A stretch of 64,000 nucleotides of DNA from contig CM060733.1 in the NCBI GenBank assembly GCA_030704615.1, positions 16,678,001 through 16,742,000 of the forward strand. Reading direction: 5' to 3'. Numbering within the stretch: the first letter of the stretch is position 1; the number at the start of each line of letters is the position of its first letter. A program made the position numbers and the translations under genes. Below the pieces are notes generated by a model. It had not been told where the DNA came from. It searched no databases and saw nothing but the letters and a program-made list of their open reading frames with translations. Positions 25,910-39,399 of the stretch are shown one piece after another. Source of the DNA: Takakia lepidozioides. Lineage: Eukaryota > Plantae > Bryophyta.

Positions 25910-28312
25910 GACCTCCACACCCGAGCATCTAGTTCAACTGGCATTCTGTGAATGAAGTCCCGTGCCTCAGTGAATTGTCCTGCACGGCCGAGAACGTCCA
26001 CAATACAACCAAAATGCTCCACTGTAGGAGTGAGGCCATGATCTCCACTCATGGAATCCAAGTAGTGACAGCCTTCTTCCACTAAGCGCACATGGCTACA
26101 TACAGAGAGAAGAGAGATAAATGTGATAGTATCCGGCTTCAAGCCTTCATGTTGCATTTGTTCAAGTAATACAAGGCCTCCCTACCAAACCCATGGTGAG
26201 CATATCCTGCAATCATGGCATTCCATGAGAGCACATCTCGATTAGTCATATTGTCAAACACTTTGACGTGCATCCTTTGTGCTCCCACATTTGGCATACA
26301 TGTCAACTAGGCTGTTATCTAGAATGATATCTGGCATAATTCCAGTTTTGCTGATCTCACCATGGACCCACCTGGCCTTCTCCAGGGCTCCTAGGCTGGC
26401 ACATGCATGAAGAACACAAGTGAATGTGACCCTGTTGGGAATCACCTCTTCCTCTTGCATTTTCTCATAGATCTCCAAAGCCTCTCTGGCACAATCGTGC
26501 TTAGCATAGCCAGTGATCATGGCGTTCCATGAGCACACATCTCAGGATGATACCTGGTGCCACTCCAGATTTAATGACGTCAGCATGGACCTCTTTGCCC
26601 TTTTCCAGGTCTTCTAAGCTGATAGAAGCACGAAGAACACAAGTGAACGAAACCTTGTCAGGTGACACCCCTTCCTGCTGCATTTTCTCATAGACCTCCA
26701 AAGCTTCCCGGCCACACTTGTGGTGAGCATGTCCTGCAATCATGGTCGTCCATGAGACGAAATCTTTTTGAGCTTTGTTGTCGAACACTTCACGGGAAGC
26801 CTTTATGCTCCCGCATTTGGCATACATATCAAGAAGGGTATTTCCCAGAATGATATCTACCACAATTCCAGACATTTGATGTCAGCATGGACCTGCTTGC
26901 ATTTTTCCAGGGTTCCAAGGCTGCTACACGCTTTGAGGATACAAGTGAATGTGACTCTATCGGACAGCACTCCATCCTGTTGCATTCGGTCATAAATATT
27001 GAAAGCCTCCACACCACGCTGGTGCTGAGCATATCCTGCTATCAGAGCACTCCATGAGACCACATCTCGTTTTTCCATATTGTCAAACACTTGAAGCGCC
27101 TCCTTCATGCTCCCACATTTTACGTACATGTCAACAAGGGAATTCTAGATGACACCATTCCAGCTCTGATGGTATCAGCATGGACCTCTTTGCCCTTTTC
27201 CAGGGCTCCTAGGCTCGAGCATGCATTGATAGCACGAATAAATGCAACCATGTTAGGCGCGATTTCCTCCTGTTGCATTTGCTCATAGATATCTAAAGCC
27301 TCCCTACCAAGCCCGTGATGAGCATATCCTGATATCAATGCACTCCATGAAACCGCATCTCGTTTAGCCATACTCACTTGCTGTGCATCTTTAAGGCTCC
27401 CACCTTTTGCGTACATGTCAACTAGTGAATTCTCCAAGTTAATATATGCTACAGTCCCAGTTTTGATGATGTCAGCATGGACCTGTTTGCCCTTATCTAG
27501 GGCTCCTAGGCTGGCACATGCATTCGGAACGGACATGAATGTGACCCTGTTGGTTGTTACTCCCTCCTGCTGCATTTGCTCATATGTTTTAAGAGCTTCT
27601 CTACCACACCCATGGTGAACGTATCTTGTGATCATTGCACTCCCTGAAACCACATCTTGTTTGGCCATATTGTCGAACACTTGTCGTGCATCCTCCATGA
27701 TCCCGCATTTGGCATACATGTTCACAAGGCTATTCTCCAAATTAATGTATGATGGGATTCCCGCTTTGACGAGATCAGCATGGAGCTTTTGCCCTTTTCC
27801 AGGGCTTGCAGGGAAGCACGTGCTTTGAGAACACAGATGAATGCCACCTTATCCTGGGTCACCCCGTCCTGTTCCAGTTCCTCGTACAGTTTGACAGCCT
27901 CCTCGCCGTGCCCATGCTTGGCATAGCCTGCCATCATCATAGTCCACGTAAACAAATCTCGGTCAGGCATTTTGTCAAACACTTGGCGTGCATCCACCAA
28001 GCTACCGCACTTGACATACCTGTTGACAAGGGTATTGAGCAGATATACTTTTGGCTTGCATCCACTTTGGATAATGTGGGCATGCACCTACTTCCCCTGT
28101 GCTAGGTTTTTCATGTTCATACATTCCTGCAAGAGAACGACATATGTATTCCAGTATGCTCGAATGCCTCGTTGGCTCAAAATGTGCAGCACATCTTTCA
28201 GTCGTCCTGCTTTACACAACGTCCTAACATACTGACAAGTGCCAGAGAGGGAACTACCCCTGCCGCCAGTCTCTTGTCCCAGAATCATCTCCGCCTCATT
28301 CAACCCTGCCAT
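25910..28312 (-). pseudogene. PLS-class pentatricopeptide repeat (organellar RNA-editing factor-like) pseudogene, truncated at the start of the E domain
   Basis: Repeated P-L-S motifs (NSLVDMYAKCGS..ARQVFDNM; DVVSWSALIAGYAQH; GV.PD.VTFTCVLKAC.SLGALEKGKQVH). Ends EHFGCIVDVLGRAG..MPVELDARVWRS. Stop at 28088, multiple frameshifts, intronless. Confidence 0.93.
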
Positions 28313-28760
28313 CCTGCATGACTCAAACTCTAAATCAAACCTTCAACCACAAATGCAAATTGTATTATACACCTAGATGCTTTCAAGAGATATGTATTGA
28401 TGAGGGCCTTTGCCACATAAACACAGTTATAAGACTAGTGAGTCATGGTCATTGAGAATAATCTGTACAATCACATCTACTCTGTTGAATCATGGCAGCT
28501 GGCTCTGCTTCCACCAGGGACGATTCGACCAACTCCCAAGGAACTCCTTTGTCCAATTATGTCTAAAGTCTGGCAATCTTGGACTTCTCTGTGATAACCA
28601 CCAGTGGGCAGCTCAGCAGCCATAGCTTCAACCACAGCCTTGCATAGACCAGGCTACAACCACCAAACACGAGTATCACTTCAGAATATATTCCACGTCA
28701 TTTAAATAGAAGGCTAAGAAATGACAGATAGATTTTAATGGCTCTCATTTTTTAATAGTA

Positions 28761-29387
28761 GGGTCATGAATGCACGGGCGGGCCCCGCTAGTACGACCCT
28801 TGGGGTGAGCTCATAAGCCCACCGGCCATTAACCGGGTCGGCGAGATTCTGAAATTTTTCGAAGTCCTTGTTCATCTACCGTGGCGGACCTTCTAGCAGA
28901 CTGGGCAGACCCTCCAACAGACCGACTCCAACCTTCTAGCGGATAGGTAGGCAGACCCTCCAGCAGACCGACGAGCGGACCGGCACCTCTCCAGCAGACT
29001 GGGCAGACCCCCCTCCAGTAGACCGAGCAGACCCCCCTCCAGCAGACCGGCAGACCCTTCGACAAAATATATATTTATTAACACACATTACTACCACGCG
29101 AGATTTGAACATCAAACCTCATGTTTAACATTAATTATTCTTAACCACCACACTACCCACCGCTTTCTATATATTTGTGCAATAACTAATGCTTTATGTG
29201 TATGCTACTGGGGCCCCAACAAATTAGCTCATGTGTTTTGTGGGCCCCAGTAGACCAGCTTGCCGGGCAGACCCAGCAGTAGACTGGCAGGGATTGGCGG
29301 GGTCCGGGTAGGGGCGCTCCCACTCTCGGCGACCCCTCTGCCACACGCGGGCCCCGCCGCAGCCACACGCGCGGGCATTCATGACCC
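28761..29387. mobile_element. Non-autonomous TIR element (MITE-like), ~630 bp
   Basis: TIR GGGTCATGAATGC (13/13 perfect, extending imperfectly) at both ends, each flanked by TA. Internal CAGCAGACC/CAGACCC tandem motifs. Confidence 0.72.
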
Positions 29388-30779
29388 TATTATTGTTAAA
29401 TGACAAGCGATTTTAATTGCATTGATCAAAGCAACTAAAACCATGGTGCAGGCTGCTAAAATACGTATATAACCAGCTTTGCACACAAAAGTAGGTCCTT
29501 CCTGATTGGTTAACCAGCCTCACCTTGCCAGACCTGTTGTCCCACCACCGCAAAGGTTCTGACATGAACCCCTGGCAAAGATATTTTGTGCATTTGCTTG
29601 GCCTGCATCCAAAAACATGGATCTTTAGCCACAATGTTACTGCGGGACTTCCACGAGACTCTCTCTCTCTTTCCTTCTGAAATTGGAGTCTTCTTACATC
29701 TCTGTTGCATCTGGGTTACAGCCATGGCGCTGGAAATTTCTAGCATGATGTCTATACCAGCACTTACATGAACACTGAAATTGCATGAGCCCTGTGATAA
29801 TCAGCAAGCGAAGCACAAAATCTGTCAGTTTGCCTTGTTTAAACAGGGTGTCTCACAGGGACTCCCAAATAAGCCATGGATTGGGCAACCAAAATTTGAC
29901 TAGCTCCTACGCACACAATTTTCAGCCCAAAAAACCATTGCAGAGAATTGTATGCCTATACCATTGTTTGGCTCCGGTGGAGGCATCACAAACATAACGA
30001 TAAATGGTCTCGAGCTAGGCGATGTCACAGTGGATACCCATGTTAGCTCCCCACCCTGGTTCCTTACTCTGCTCCATGATGTGACGCCTCCTGTCCGTTC
30101 ACAGCGAGGGGAAGACAGACCCCTGGGTATAGCCTCTACCTGCGCGCTCAGAAGAGCACCGGTGCATGCTGCCATTCTTGTGCTTATGAGTGCGGGTAAC
30201 CCAAATTCTACCTCCTACCCACCTGCAGAAAAGAAAAAGTTATTGTGAATGCTGCGACTAGGAAGGTCGCAAAGATGTCTTGGCACGGGGTCAATGACCA
30301 CAAGGCTACGGCAAACCACGTCTTATGAGTACATTCTTTGCACAGTATACCTGCCAGATTGAAGATCTGTAAGTTCATGGCCTCCCTTCACCAAGGAGAT
30401 AGATGGAAATGCAAATGCATACAGAGACTAAGGGTGGCAATCTGAACACATCTTCCAAGGTGTGCCAGTGGCCCTTCCCCTGTTTAGTTCCCGGTTCATA
30501 TGTTTTTCCAAAGTAAATGGCACTTAACACTCTTAAGACTCTTGCCAACTCAAGGTTTCTGGAAGAAAAGAAACTTTGAACCCTCTCCATTGCCCTACTT
30601 CACAAGCAGAGTGAACAACAGGTTGGGGAAGGCTGATACAGGTGCGGGAAGGCTGATAGTTGTCAGCCAATGTATTTTACAATGACAACGGTACAAAATA
30701 CAAACAAGAAATGAACCAGCATTTGAACTCGATACTTCCGAGCCAACGCGATGACCTCACCTGCTCTGGCAACACCCTC

Positions 30780-31320
30780 TGTCACAAGAAGTGGATGACC
30801 TGTTATGTAAGAATGAGGATCAGCTTTGGTTTGAGCGCATAGAAAGGGCTATTGCGGGTGACTTTGCTGCGTCAACCAGTCATCACGGAGCCCTGTTCAC
30901 AAGACCTTTACTTGAGCCTGGTGCGGTGGTGTCTAGAGCCAGACAACTTGTAAGGAAAGAATTTGACTTACATAACGTTTGCCGTCCAGAGCGATTAAGT
31001 CGCGCTTCCTGTATCATCGAGAATTGACCTGACTAAAAGTGGGTTTGTATTTGCTTCTCTCTGGTGTTCGAAGTGCAGAGCTTCATCATGGCCTTGGTCT
31101 AGTGGGGCGAAGTTGGTTGTCGTTGATGTTACAAGGCACGGGGGCTCTGATCTTGAGGGCGTTGCGATTTCAGCTCCGACCTTGCGCCTTGGCACCTACT
31201 TATTCACAGTTGGTTGATGGTTTGAGAGGTGGGGCCTTAGTGGTGCAGTCATCTGATCTAGTAGTCTTGGGTGTGGGCCCGGGGGAATCACTCCCTATCA
31301 CTTGTATAGGGCACGTGAGA
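30780..31320 (+). repeat. Possible LTR remnant
   Basis: TGTCACA...CGTGAGA near-inverted termini upstream of a Gypsy body. No TSD and no second copy. Confidence 0.3.
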
Positions 31321-32434
31321 TAAATGGGTATTTTGTAGGGGGGTATTACTTTTACTTTGGGTATTTTTTAGTATCCTATAATTACATAATTTTGTAATAT
31401 GGTGAATTTTTGGCATGCTATTTTAATTATAAATTTTGTTTCAAACAAATATTAGACACCCTATATTAATAATACAATAAAAGATTTTTTTTTACAAGAC
31501 AAATGAATTTATTATTTGGTTGAAATAAATTCATTTAAAGCATTCGCATCATCAGCATTCAAAGTATAAACGTTTTATCCTCTATCGAAAATCATAGTGA
31601 CTGTACTAATAATTGAGTCTACATCTACTCACTTGTTGTTGGTATGATCATATTTGAATTTAAATTGTCCTCTAGATTTGGAGTAGTAGTTTAATAACGC
31701 CATAACTGGTGTGGTTGGTCTATTTAGGAGATCAATAGGCTGTCACGATATCCCCCACCTGCTCCCTACCTTCCTTCTCATTTTTTGAATCATACCTAGC
31801 CACCATTTCACCAGTAAGCTACATACAAATATCTATATCCTTCCCCTACGAACATGTATATATTTTTGGAATTTTTCAAGGTATTATCTCAACCCTATAG
31901 TAATTGTTTTTTAAATGAATCATTATTGTAGACCCTATATTAATTTAAATTCCCTGATCACAATACAATGTACCCTTTATTACTTTTAAATATTTTCTAA
32001 TTTTTATTTTTTCTGAATAAATTGCACCCTTGCACATCGGTTGGAAATTTTTGGAAGTGACTTCCCCGGGGGTGTGGGTACTACCTTTGCATTGCAACGG
32101 GTGGTTCGCCTGAGTGCGTTTGAGAATTTGAGTGACTACTCGGACTCGGCTGTGCTTTCGCGCACGTGGAGAGAGGGTGACACTGTCCGCGTGGGTGTGG
32201 CTTAAGAGAGCTGACGCTGGGAGTGGCTGGCTTTGGGAGTCTACGAACTGCAGTCATACAAGGTGCTAAAGGTCGTGTATTGCTCCATTTGGGTTCCAGA
32301 GGTTAGCTTGCCGAGCGCTCGGCCCCACACTCCATATCCCTGCTACTTAAAGGTTAACTTCCCAATCTACTTTCATTTCTTGCATGCTAGGAAATTCTAG
32401 AACTACTTAGTTATGATCAGGCAAGCAGAGGCTC

Positions 32435-35400
32435 ATGAATAGTTCAGGGGAGCCGCTGGCTGAAGGTGTAGTGGAGATGAACGAGCGTTCGGACAACCTG
32501 CAGGCAGGTAATTTCGTGACCAATGATGATGAAATTTTGAACAGTGGTACGTTGGGAGCGGTAGTAGAGCCCCCAGTTGGTATTGCGTTGGTAGATGAGG
32601 GTTCTGGAATAGCCAACCCTTTCTGTTTATGTTCGAAGTAATGAAGCCATGGTGGCTGGACGAACTGAGCCCACGGTAAGATCACCGGCTCGGGAATTGA
32701 TCGGTCTGCCCTCTCATCCTGTTCAAGTGCAGGGGGTAGACAGGTCTGATTCGGATGTCTGGGCTACTATGAGCGGTATGCCGGCCCCAGTGACGAGTAT
32801 GATGCATGTGCCTGTGATGAGTCTCCCTAATCCCAATCTCGGGGGAGGGACTAGTTCTTTGAATTCAAGTTTGCATCCGAGTGCTGTCCCTTTGGTGAAT
32901 GTCTCCAGTCTTGCTGCGGGTGGAGGGACAGTAGCACCAGTGCCCTCCACCTCGTCTGCTGGTCATGCACATCATGTGGGGACTCTTCCTGTTCAACAGA
33001 TGGGGAGATTGCCACATATTGCAGCCAGTCAGGCTATAGGTGTGCATGCTAGCAATGTTAGTACTATTCCTGTTCATGCTGGTAGTCTAGGCTCTAGAAT
33101 AGCTCCAATGGTGGGGATGGCATCCACTAGTCCTCCCATGAGTGGTGTGCCACAGCCCCACCTATAATCGGGTCACCCAGCTGCTCAGTCAAATGTGGTG
33201 TCACATACCCTCCCCATGGGCATACGGGCACCACATGCAAATCTGTCATCCTCCAGTATGGGACCAGCCAATAGTGGGTTTAGTCAAGGCAATACATCTG
33301 CTACTAGTCATCTGCATACTGCTAGTAGCACTTCTGTTCCTACTCAGGCAACTGTTCCCTGCTGTCCTGCTTATGTATCTGTTCTTCCTGGACACATAAA
33401 CCATAGCTTGCCCTATCATCTGATCCCTCAGCTAACCACTCAACCCTATCCTGAGTTTAACATGGAAGAAGACTTTGATAGGTACCTTCAAATATTTGAA
33501 GTTATTGCTAGCATAAATGGAGTGCCTGAGAACTTCAAAATTGCCATCTTTAGGATGAGCATGAAGGGGTCAGCTCGTGACTTGCTGCATGCAGCAGTCA
33601 TGGATGATCCCAGCCTCAATTGGGCAACCCTTATGGCTAAGACCTTGTTCAAGCCTCCTGAAAGGCTCTTAAGCATTTCCTGGTGGCCACAGGTGTTATA
33701 GATAGGGGATATAGGCAAGAAGTCAAGATTCTAATTGCTAATCCAGAGCGCTTCCCTGTGACTATTAAGAAAGGGCATGTCCTGGCTCGCATCACTTGCT
33801 TTACCCATTGCTAAAATACAAGAGGTGCAAGCTGGCTTTGGACTTGAGGCCATTGGCATACATTAACATGGCCCCTTGGATGGTGTTGCTGCTTTTGCTG
33901 CAATTGCTGCAATTGCTGCAATTGCACCACCACCTGTCCCTGATCTCAGTCCTGAAGGTAAGAACGCCCTCACCAAAGTACTATCTGAAATCAAGTTGGG
34001 TACCACCTTCTCCTCAGGCCAAAAGAAAAGAGTAGAGATGCTTATTGCAAAAAATCTAAATGTCTTCAACTTGGGATCCACTGATCTAGGACGCACTCCC
34101 ATCCTTCAACATGACATTGTTACTGAAGGACCTCCTAACAATTTGCTTACCGAGAGAGTGTTAAGGAGCGTGCTATAGTCCAAGAGGAAGTCCAGATAAT
34201 GTTAGATGCTGATGTGATTAAGCCATCAGTTTCTCCTTGGGCTAATCCAGATGTCTTGGTTGGAAGAAAGATGGCACCACCCGCTTTTGTGTTGACTTCA
34301 GGAAACTGAATGACATCACCAAGAAGGATGCCTACCCACTACCTAGGATCAATGAGACCTTGGATCAATTGCACGGTGCTACAATTTTCTCCTCTCTTGA
34401 TCTTGCATCTAGGTTTTGGCAAGTTCCTCTCACTGAAACAGCCAAGGAAAAGACCTCATTTATGTGTCGCATGGGCAAATACCAATATAAGACCATGCCC
34501 TTTGGTTTGTGCAATGCCACCTCCACCTTCCAATGCCTCATGGACATTGTCTTGGGTAATCTTCGCTGGGAATGTGCCTTAAATTATGTAGATGATATCA
34601 ATGTGCACTCAGTCAGTTTTGATGCCCACTTGACTGACCTGCAGTGTGTTTTCAGCAAATTGCGCACTGCAAGGCTCAAAGTGAAGCCAAAGAAGTGTGA
34701 GCTATTCATGCCTGAGCTACACTTTCTGGGTCATATCCTCTCCAAGGATGTTTTGCTTCCTGATCCTGCCAAGCTTGAGTTTGTTTGGGGCTTTCTTATT
34801 CCCAGGGGTAAACATTGTATCAAATCCTTCCTTGGTCTGGCTTCCTATTATAGGCGCCTCATAAAAAACTTTGCCAAACTTGCTCACCCTCTCACCAAGG
34901 TATTATACAAAGATGTCATGTTTGAATGGACGTCCTCCCAACAAGCTGCTTTTGATACCCTTCACAAGGCTTTGTGTTTAGCTCCCATCCTGATGTTTCC
35001 CAACTTTGAATTACCTTTCTTGCTTCAGACTGATACATCAGATGTTGCCCTTTCTGCAATCTTATGTCAAGTTGTAGAAGGCAAGGAGCATGTGATAGCT
35101 TATGTATCTCGCCGTCTTGATCGTCATGAAAGGAACTATTCTATATCTGATAAGGATGGTCTGGCCCTAGTATTTGGTGTGAAGCACTTCAAGCAATATT
35201 TACATGGCAGTCGGTTTGTGGTAGAGATGATCAGTCTCCCACTTAAGGCTCTTGTTAAGCCAAGGGAACTTCATGGCAGACTTGCTAGATGGGCTACGTA
35301 CCTGCAGGAAATTGACATGGTATATAGTCTACAAGAAGGGCAAGGAAAACACAAATGTTGATGCGCTTACACGGGTTGATCCTCCTGTCAGCAGGCCTAT

Positions 35401-37372
35401 GCTCACCTTGGATGACCTTGCTGCTGCTGATACAGCCCCTCTTCCTGATCCTGCCCCTTTTCTCAACCTTCTTTGTGCAGATCAACACCCCTTGGCCTTG
35501 GATTCCAATGGCATATTGGCTGCTCGGGGCTGGTCTAGCCTTCTTCATGATCCTAGTTGATTTATTCGTCTGTTAGTATGTGTGGTGGATTTATCGCTTA
35601 GAGGGAATTCGGATGGTTTGGTGGAAGTTCCTTGTTGTGTTTCAGCTCTTCTCCTTCCGAGGCCCCCGAGTTTGTTGTGACTCAGCTGCTGCACTCCGGT
35701 GTGACTATTGGCTTGAGCCTCAAGGCCTGATTTGGCTGTCCATGAGTAGTAACAAATGAGGTGAAGATATCCCTGGCTGGAGATAATAGGTGCAGGCACT
35801 CCAGACCACCTTCTCTAAAGCACATTGTTTACCTCTTATGTGCAGTGCAGTCATGGATGATCAGCTACATGTTGCGCTACTTCAGTGATGCCAATCAGGG
35901 CGTTTGCCAGCTGGCCTTTCCAAGTCCTTGAGGAAAACAAATTCTCTATCATGTGTCTACTCACCGTTTCATGGGTGATAAGCTTTTCAAGGAGCTCACT
36001 AGAGGGGGAGTGCCACGCTACTTGGAGGTGCCACCACAGAGCCAGCTGAATGCTTTATTGGAGCGTTTCCATTGTTCCTTTTATGCAGGTCACCTTGGTA
36101 TCAAGATAACCGTGGCCCGCATCCAAGAGGTTTACTATTGGTTGGGCATTCACCGGGACGTCACGGAGTTCATCTCTAAGTGTGAAGGTTGTCATGCTAA
36201 CATTGCTCTCCCTAGGGCCCGGATCTTGTATGAGTTGTAGCCTTTGCCTATCACCCATGCTTTTGCTCGTGTTGGCATTGACTTAGTAGGACCCCTCGCA
36301 CTCACATCAAAGGGTCAAAGCTACCTTTGTGTTGCTACCGACTACTTGACTAAGTGGGTAGAAGTCCGGCCTTTGCGTTCCAAGGCTAGTGATGTTGTAC
36401 TAGCTCAGTTCTTCTTTAATGAGATCCTTATGCGTGGGTGTCCTCGGGAGATACTAACGGATCAGGGCAAGGAGTTTTGTAACCAGCTCCTCACGGTGGT
36501 TTGCTTCAATTTCGGTGTTAAGCATTCCACCACAGCCCCATACCATCCCCAGACCAATGGCCTTACGGAACGCTTGAACCAAACTCTTTGCCGAATGTTG
36601 GAGAAGAATGGCGCACTTACCAGGGAGTGGGACACCTTTCTTCCCCCTATTCTCTTTGCTTATCGCACCGCCGTGCATGCTAGCACCAAAAAGATTCCTT
36701 TTGAGTTGTTGTATGGTCGTAAGTGTGTTTCTCCTTTGCATTCTACCCCTCTTATCTCTACTGTTGCTGATCCGGTTGATCTTGATACCTTTGTTGAGGA
36801 TCTTCATGCTCGGCATGCGGTGTCTATCCATGATGCCAAAACGAACATTGGTAAGGCTCAGCTAACCCAGGCCCGTAATTTTAACAAGCGTGTCAAGTAT
36901 TCTAACTTGTTTCAGGTGGGACAAACCGTATGCGTTCAATTACAGCATGGCAAGCGTGCATGCAAATCTAAGCTCAAGATCGACGGTCCATACTTCATCT
37001 CTCAGATTTTATGTGGGCGACATGTTGTCCTTCTTCGACAAGGTTCCAATACTGAAGTGCGGGATGAACATGTTTCCTTGACAGACTTGGTGCATTCCGA
37101 GCTAGTTTTTGATCTTACATAGTCTTAGTTTGCGGATGGTGACTATTGGGGTCCTATGACTTGACCTCTCTAGGACTTAGAAACATTTTAGTTTTATGGT
37201 ATATCACCATCTGTACTCCGTGCACGGTTTTCCTAGCCAAGGGTTTTGTCCTCGGCCCAACTTATAGGTGCCAGGTTTTCCCTTGGTAGGTTTTTTCACC
37301 CAGCAGTGGAGGGTGATATTTCCTTATTCTTTGTTTTCCTTCACGGAGCTCAGGATTTTTCATGGGGGGTAG
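32435..37372 (+). mobile_element. Degenerate non-chromovirus Ty3/Gypsy element
   Basis: Gag-like (FDRYLQIFEVIA..MKGSAR), RT ([23 protein letters not shown]), RNaseH (LQTDTSD), integrase (H..GH, CEGC, GIDLVGP, TDQGKEF, YHPQTNGLTER). PPT GGGGGGTAGG ~37364. No protease motif seen. Many frameshifts. Confidence 0.9.
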
Positions 37373-37382
37373 GCTTCACAGA

Positions 37383-37824
37383 TGTGATGGCCCATACTTT
37401 CCTAGACTAGAAATGGTCCGTTTCATCCAAAACAGCGATACACATCCATAGTATATTTTTTTGGCGTATAATGTCGTTAAACTGTTACAATGATATCTAG
37501 GTTAGGGTTAGTTTTGGCTAGTGGCCACATCCTGGCCCTTCATCTGATCTAGGGTGATTAAACGGCGCCCGGTTTTGGCTTGTGACGCCTCGCCACGCGG
37601 CGGGCAACTGAAGCTAGGTATAAAGACGGCGCCCTGACACAAGGTCAGGGCGGTGTACACGGGTGTTAGTGTATATGTGAAGTGAGTGTACAAGGTTTGG
37701 ATGAGAGCTGCTTTGTGTCAGATCCGTGTGTTTGATCCTCCTCTCGCGTGTTGCCTGCTCTTTCCGCTCGCCCCTTTGTTGTGAAATCTTGCTTCTTGAG
37801 AGGAAAGGAGTATATGCTTCAGGC
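37383..37824 (+). repeat. LTR-like dispersed repeat, copy 2 (truncated)
   Basis: Reverse complement of 23386-23832. Starts ~10 bp after the Gypsy PPT. Contains TATAAA. Confidence 0.8.
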
Positions 37825-38379
37825 AAACAGATGACTTCACCCTTCAAGGGTTGGCCAACACAGTAGGCAGTCTTAGTGAGTCTGTAGCTCGTCTGTAACC
37901 ACTCAGTTTGCTGCCATGCAAGCTCATCAATAGCGTCGGCAGCCTCGCCATGCGCAAGGACAAGCAAATGGCAATAATAGGGGTCGCACCCAAACTGGTC
38001 AAGCATATGAAGGCAATCATGCTGCATGTTATATCTGTGGGTCTTTTGAGCACTGGACTAAGCATTGTCCAAACAGGGCAGGTTAACAGAGCTGATCAAG
38101 AACAAGAAGGCTGTTAGTGGTTCTTCCCTTTCTTTAAACTAGAGAGACCTCTTGGGAAGGGGGCAAGAGGTCCATCATCTACCAACCCTACCTTTAAGGC
38201 TTCCTAGGCCCAAGCGCGACCTCTAGGGTAGTCTCTAGTGTTGGCCCAAGGGTCCAATGTCATCTAAGTCCAAATGCATATTTTTTCCACGGAGTCTACG
38301 ACCAGATTTGAACCGGAGACCTTTCCTCCTCTCGAGGCTCCAACCATTGTGCCAAGAATTCCCACTTTATCATTTTTCG

Positions 38380-39150
38380 GGAATTTCCGGCGACCCAAAG
38401 CACCACATCTCCCACATCGCAAGTCCAAAAACCATGAGTTTTTTTGGCAGCTTTGAAAAACAAGCATGGGCATTTAAGGGATAAACTTGGCTGCGCGGCA
38501 GCGTTGCGGCGTTGCTAAAAGAGCATTTTGAAGCTGAGGCGGGGGGCTATTTGTGCGACGCCCTGGAGTCGCACGCCAGTCGCTAGGGTGTCGCTGGAAT
38601 ATCGTCGCATAAATGCGACGGATGGGGGTCGCACGACCCCCTCCTCCTCTAGCACGCCCGGACATAGGTACTTGGTGATCTAGGGCGCTGGCAGGGGCCT
38701 CCTTCTAGCGCCGGCCGACCGTCGCTGCCATCCAACCGATGGCGTTGGATGGTCGCGTCGTTGTTTTTTTTCATATGCCCGGGTGTCGCATGCTAAAAAC
38801 AACGCGACCCCCGGACGTCGGATAAGTGAAAAAACCCCGTCGCAGGGGAGGCGGTCTGTGCGACACTTGGCCGTGGGTTGGAGCGACTCCCGGGAGTCGC
38901 ATATTTATAAAAATATTTTCTTAAAAGAAAACACGGGGCAGGGCGGGAGTGGGAACAAGCTACGTTGCGGCGTCGCTCCTAGCGACCCCCGGAGGTCGCC
39001 AAGGAAAAAAACCAGTCGGAGGGGGGGGGTCGGCCGTTGCTACGCACTGGGTTGTGGCGACGGAGGGATGTCGCCTCTTGCGACCCCTCCCGTGGCAAGC
39101 CGGAAATTCCCGTCGCATGGGCGCTGTTGAAAGCGACGCCCTGGGGTTGG
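38380..39150. repeat. GC-rich GCGAC/GTCGC motif array (subterminal-repeat-like)
   Basis: Numerous GCGAC(C/G) and (G/C/T)GTCGC in both orientations, downstream of a TnpA-like gene. Confidence 0.6.
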
Positions 39151-39399
39151 GGGTGTTTGGGGGTTGATTTTGGGGGTGAATTGGGGGTGATTTTTGGTTT
39201 TTCCCTGGTTTGTTTTTGGTGTGTTGGAAGACCTTATAGCTTCTATTGCTCTGATATAACGGGTACATAGCATAGGTTATTGCATAGGTTTGACCGAGCA
39301 TGAATGAAGGTGAGGCCGGTGCAACACATGAATAAGAGGGAAGATGGAAAGATGGAAATATATGTACAGATGGAAATATATTTAGAAGTAATGAGCTGA

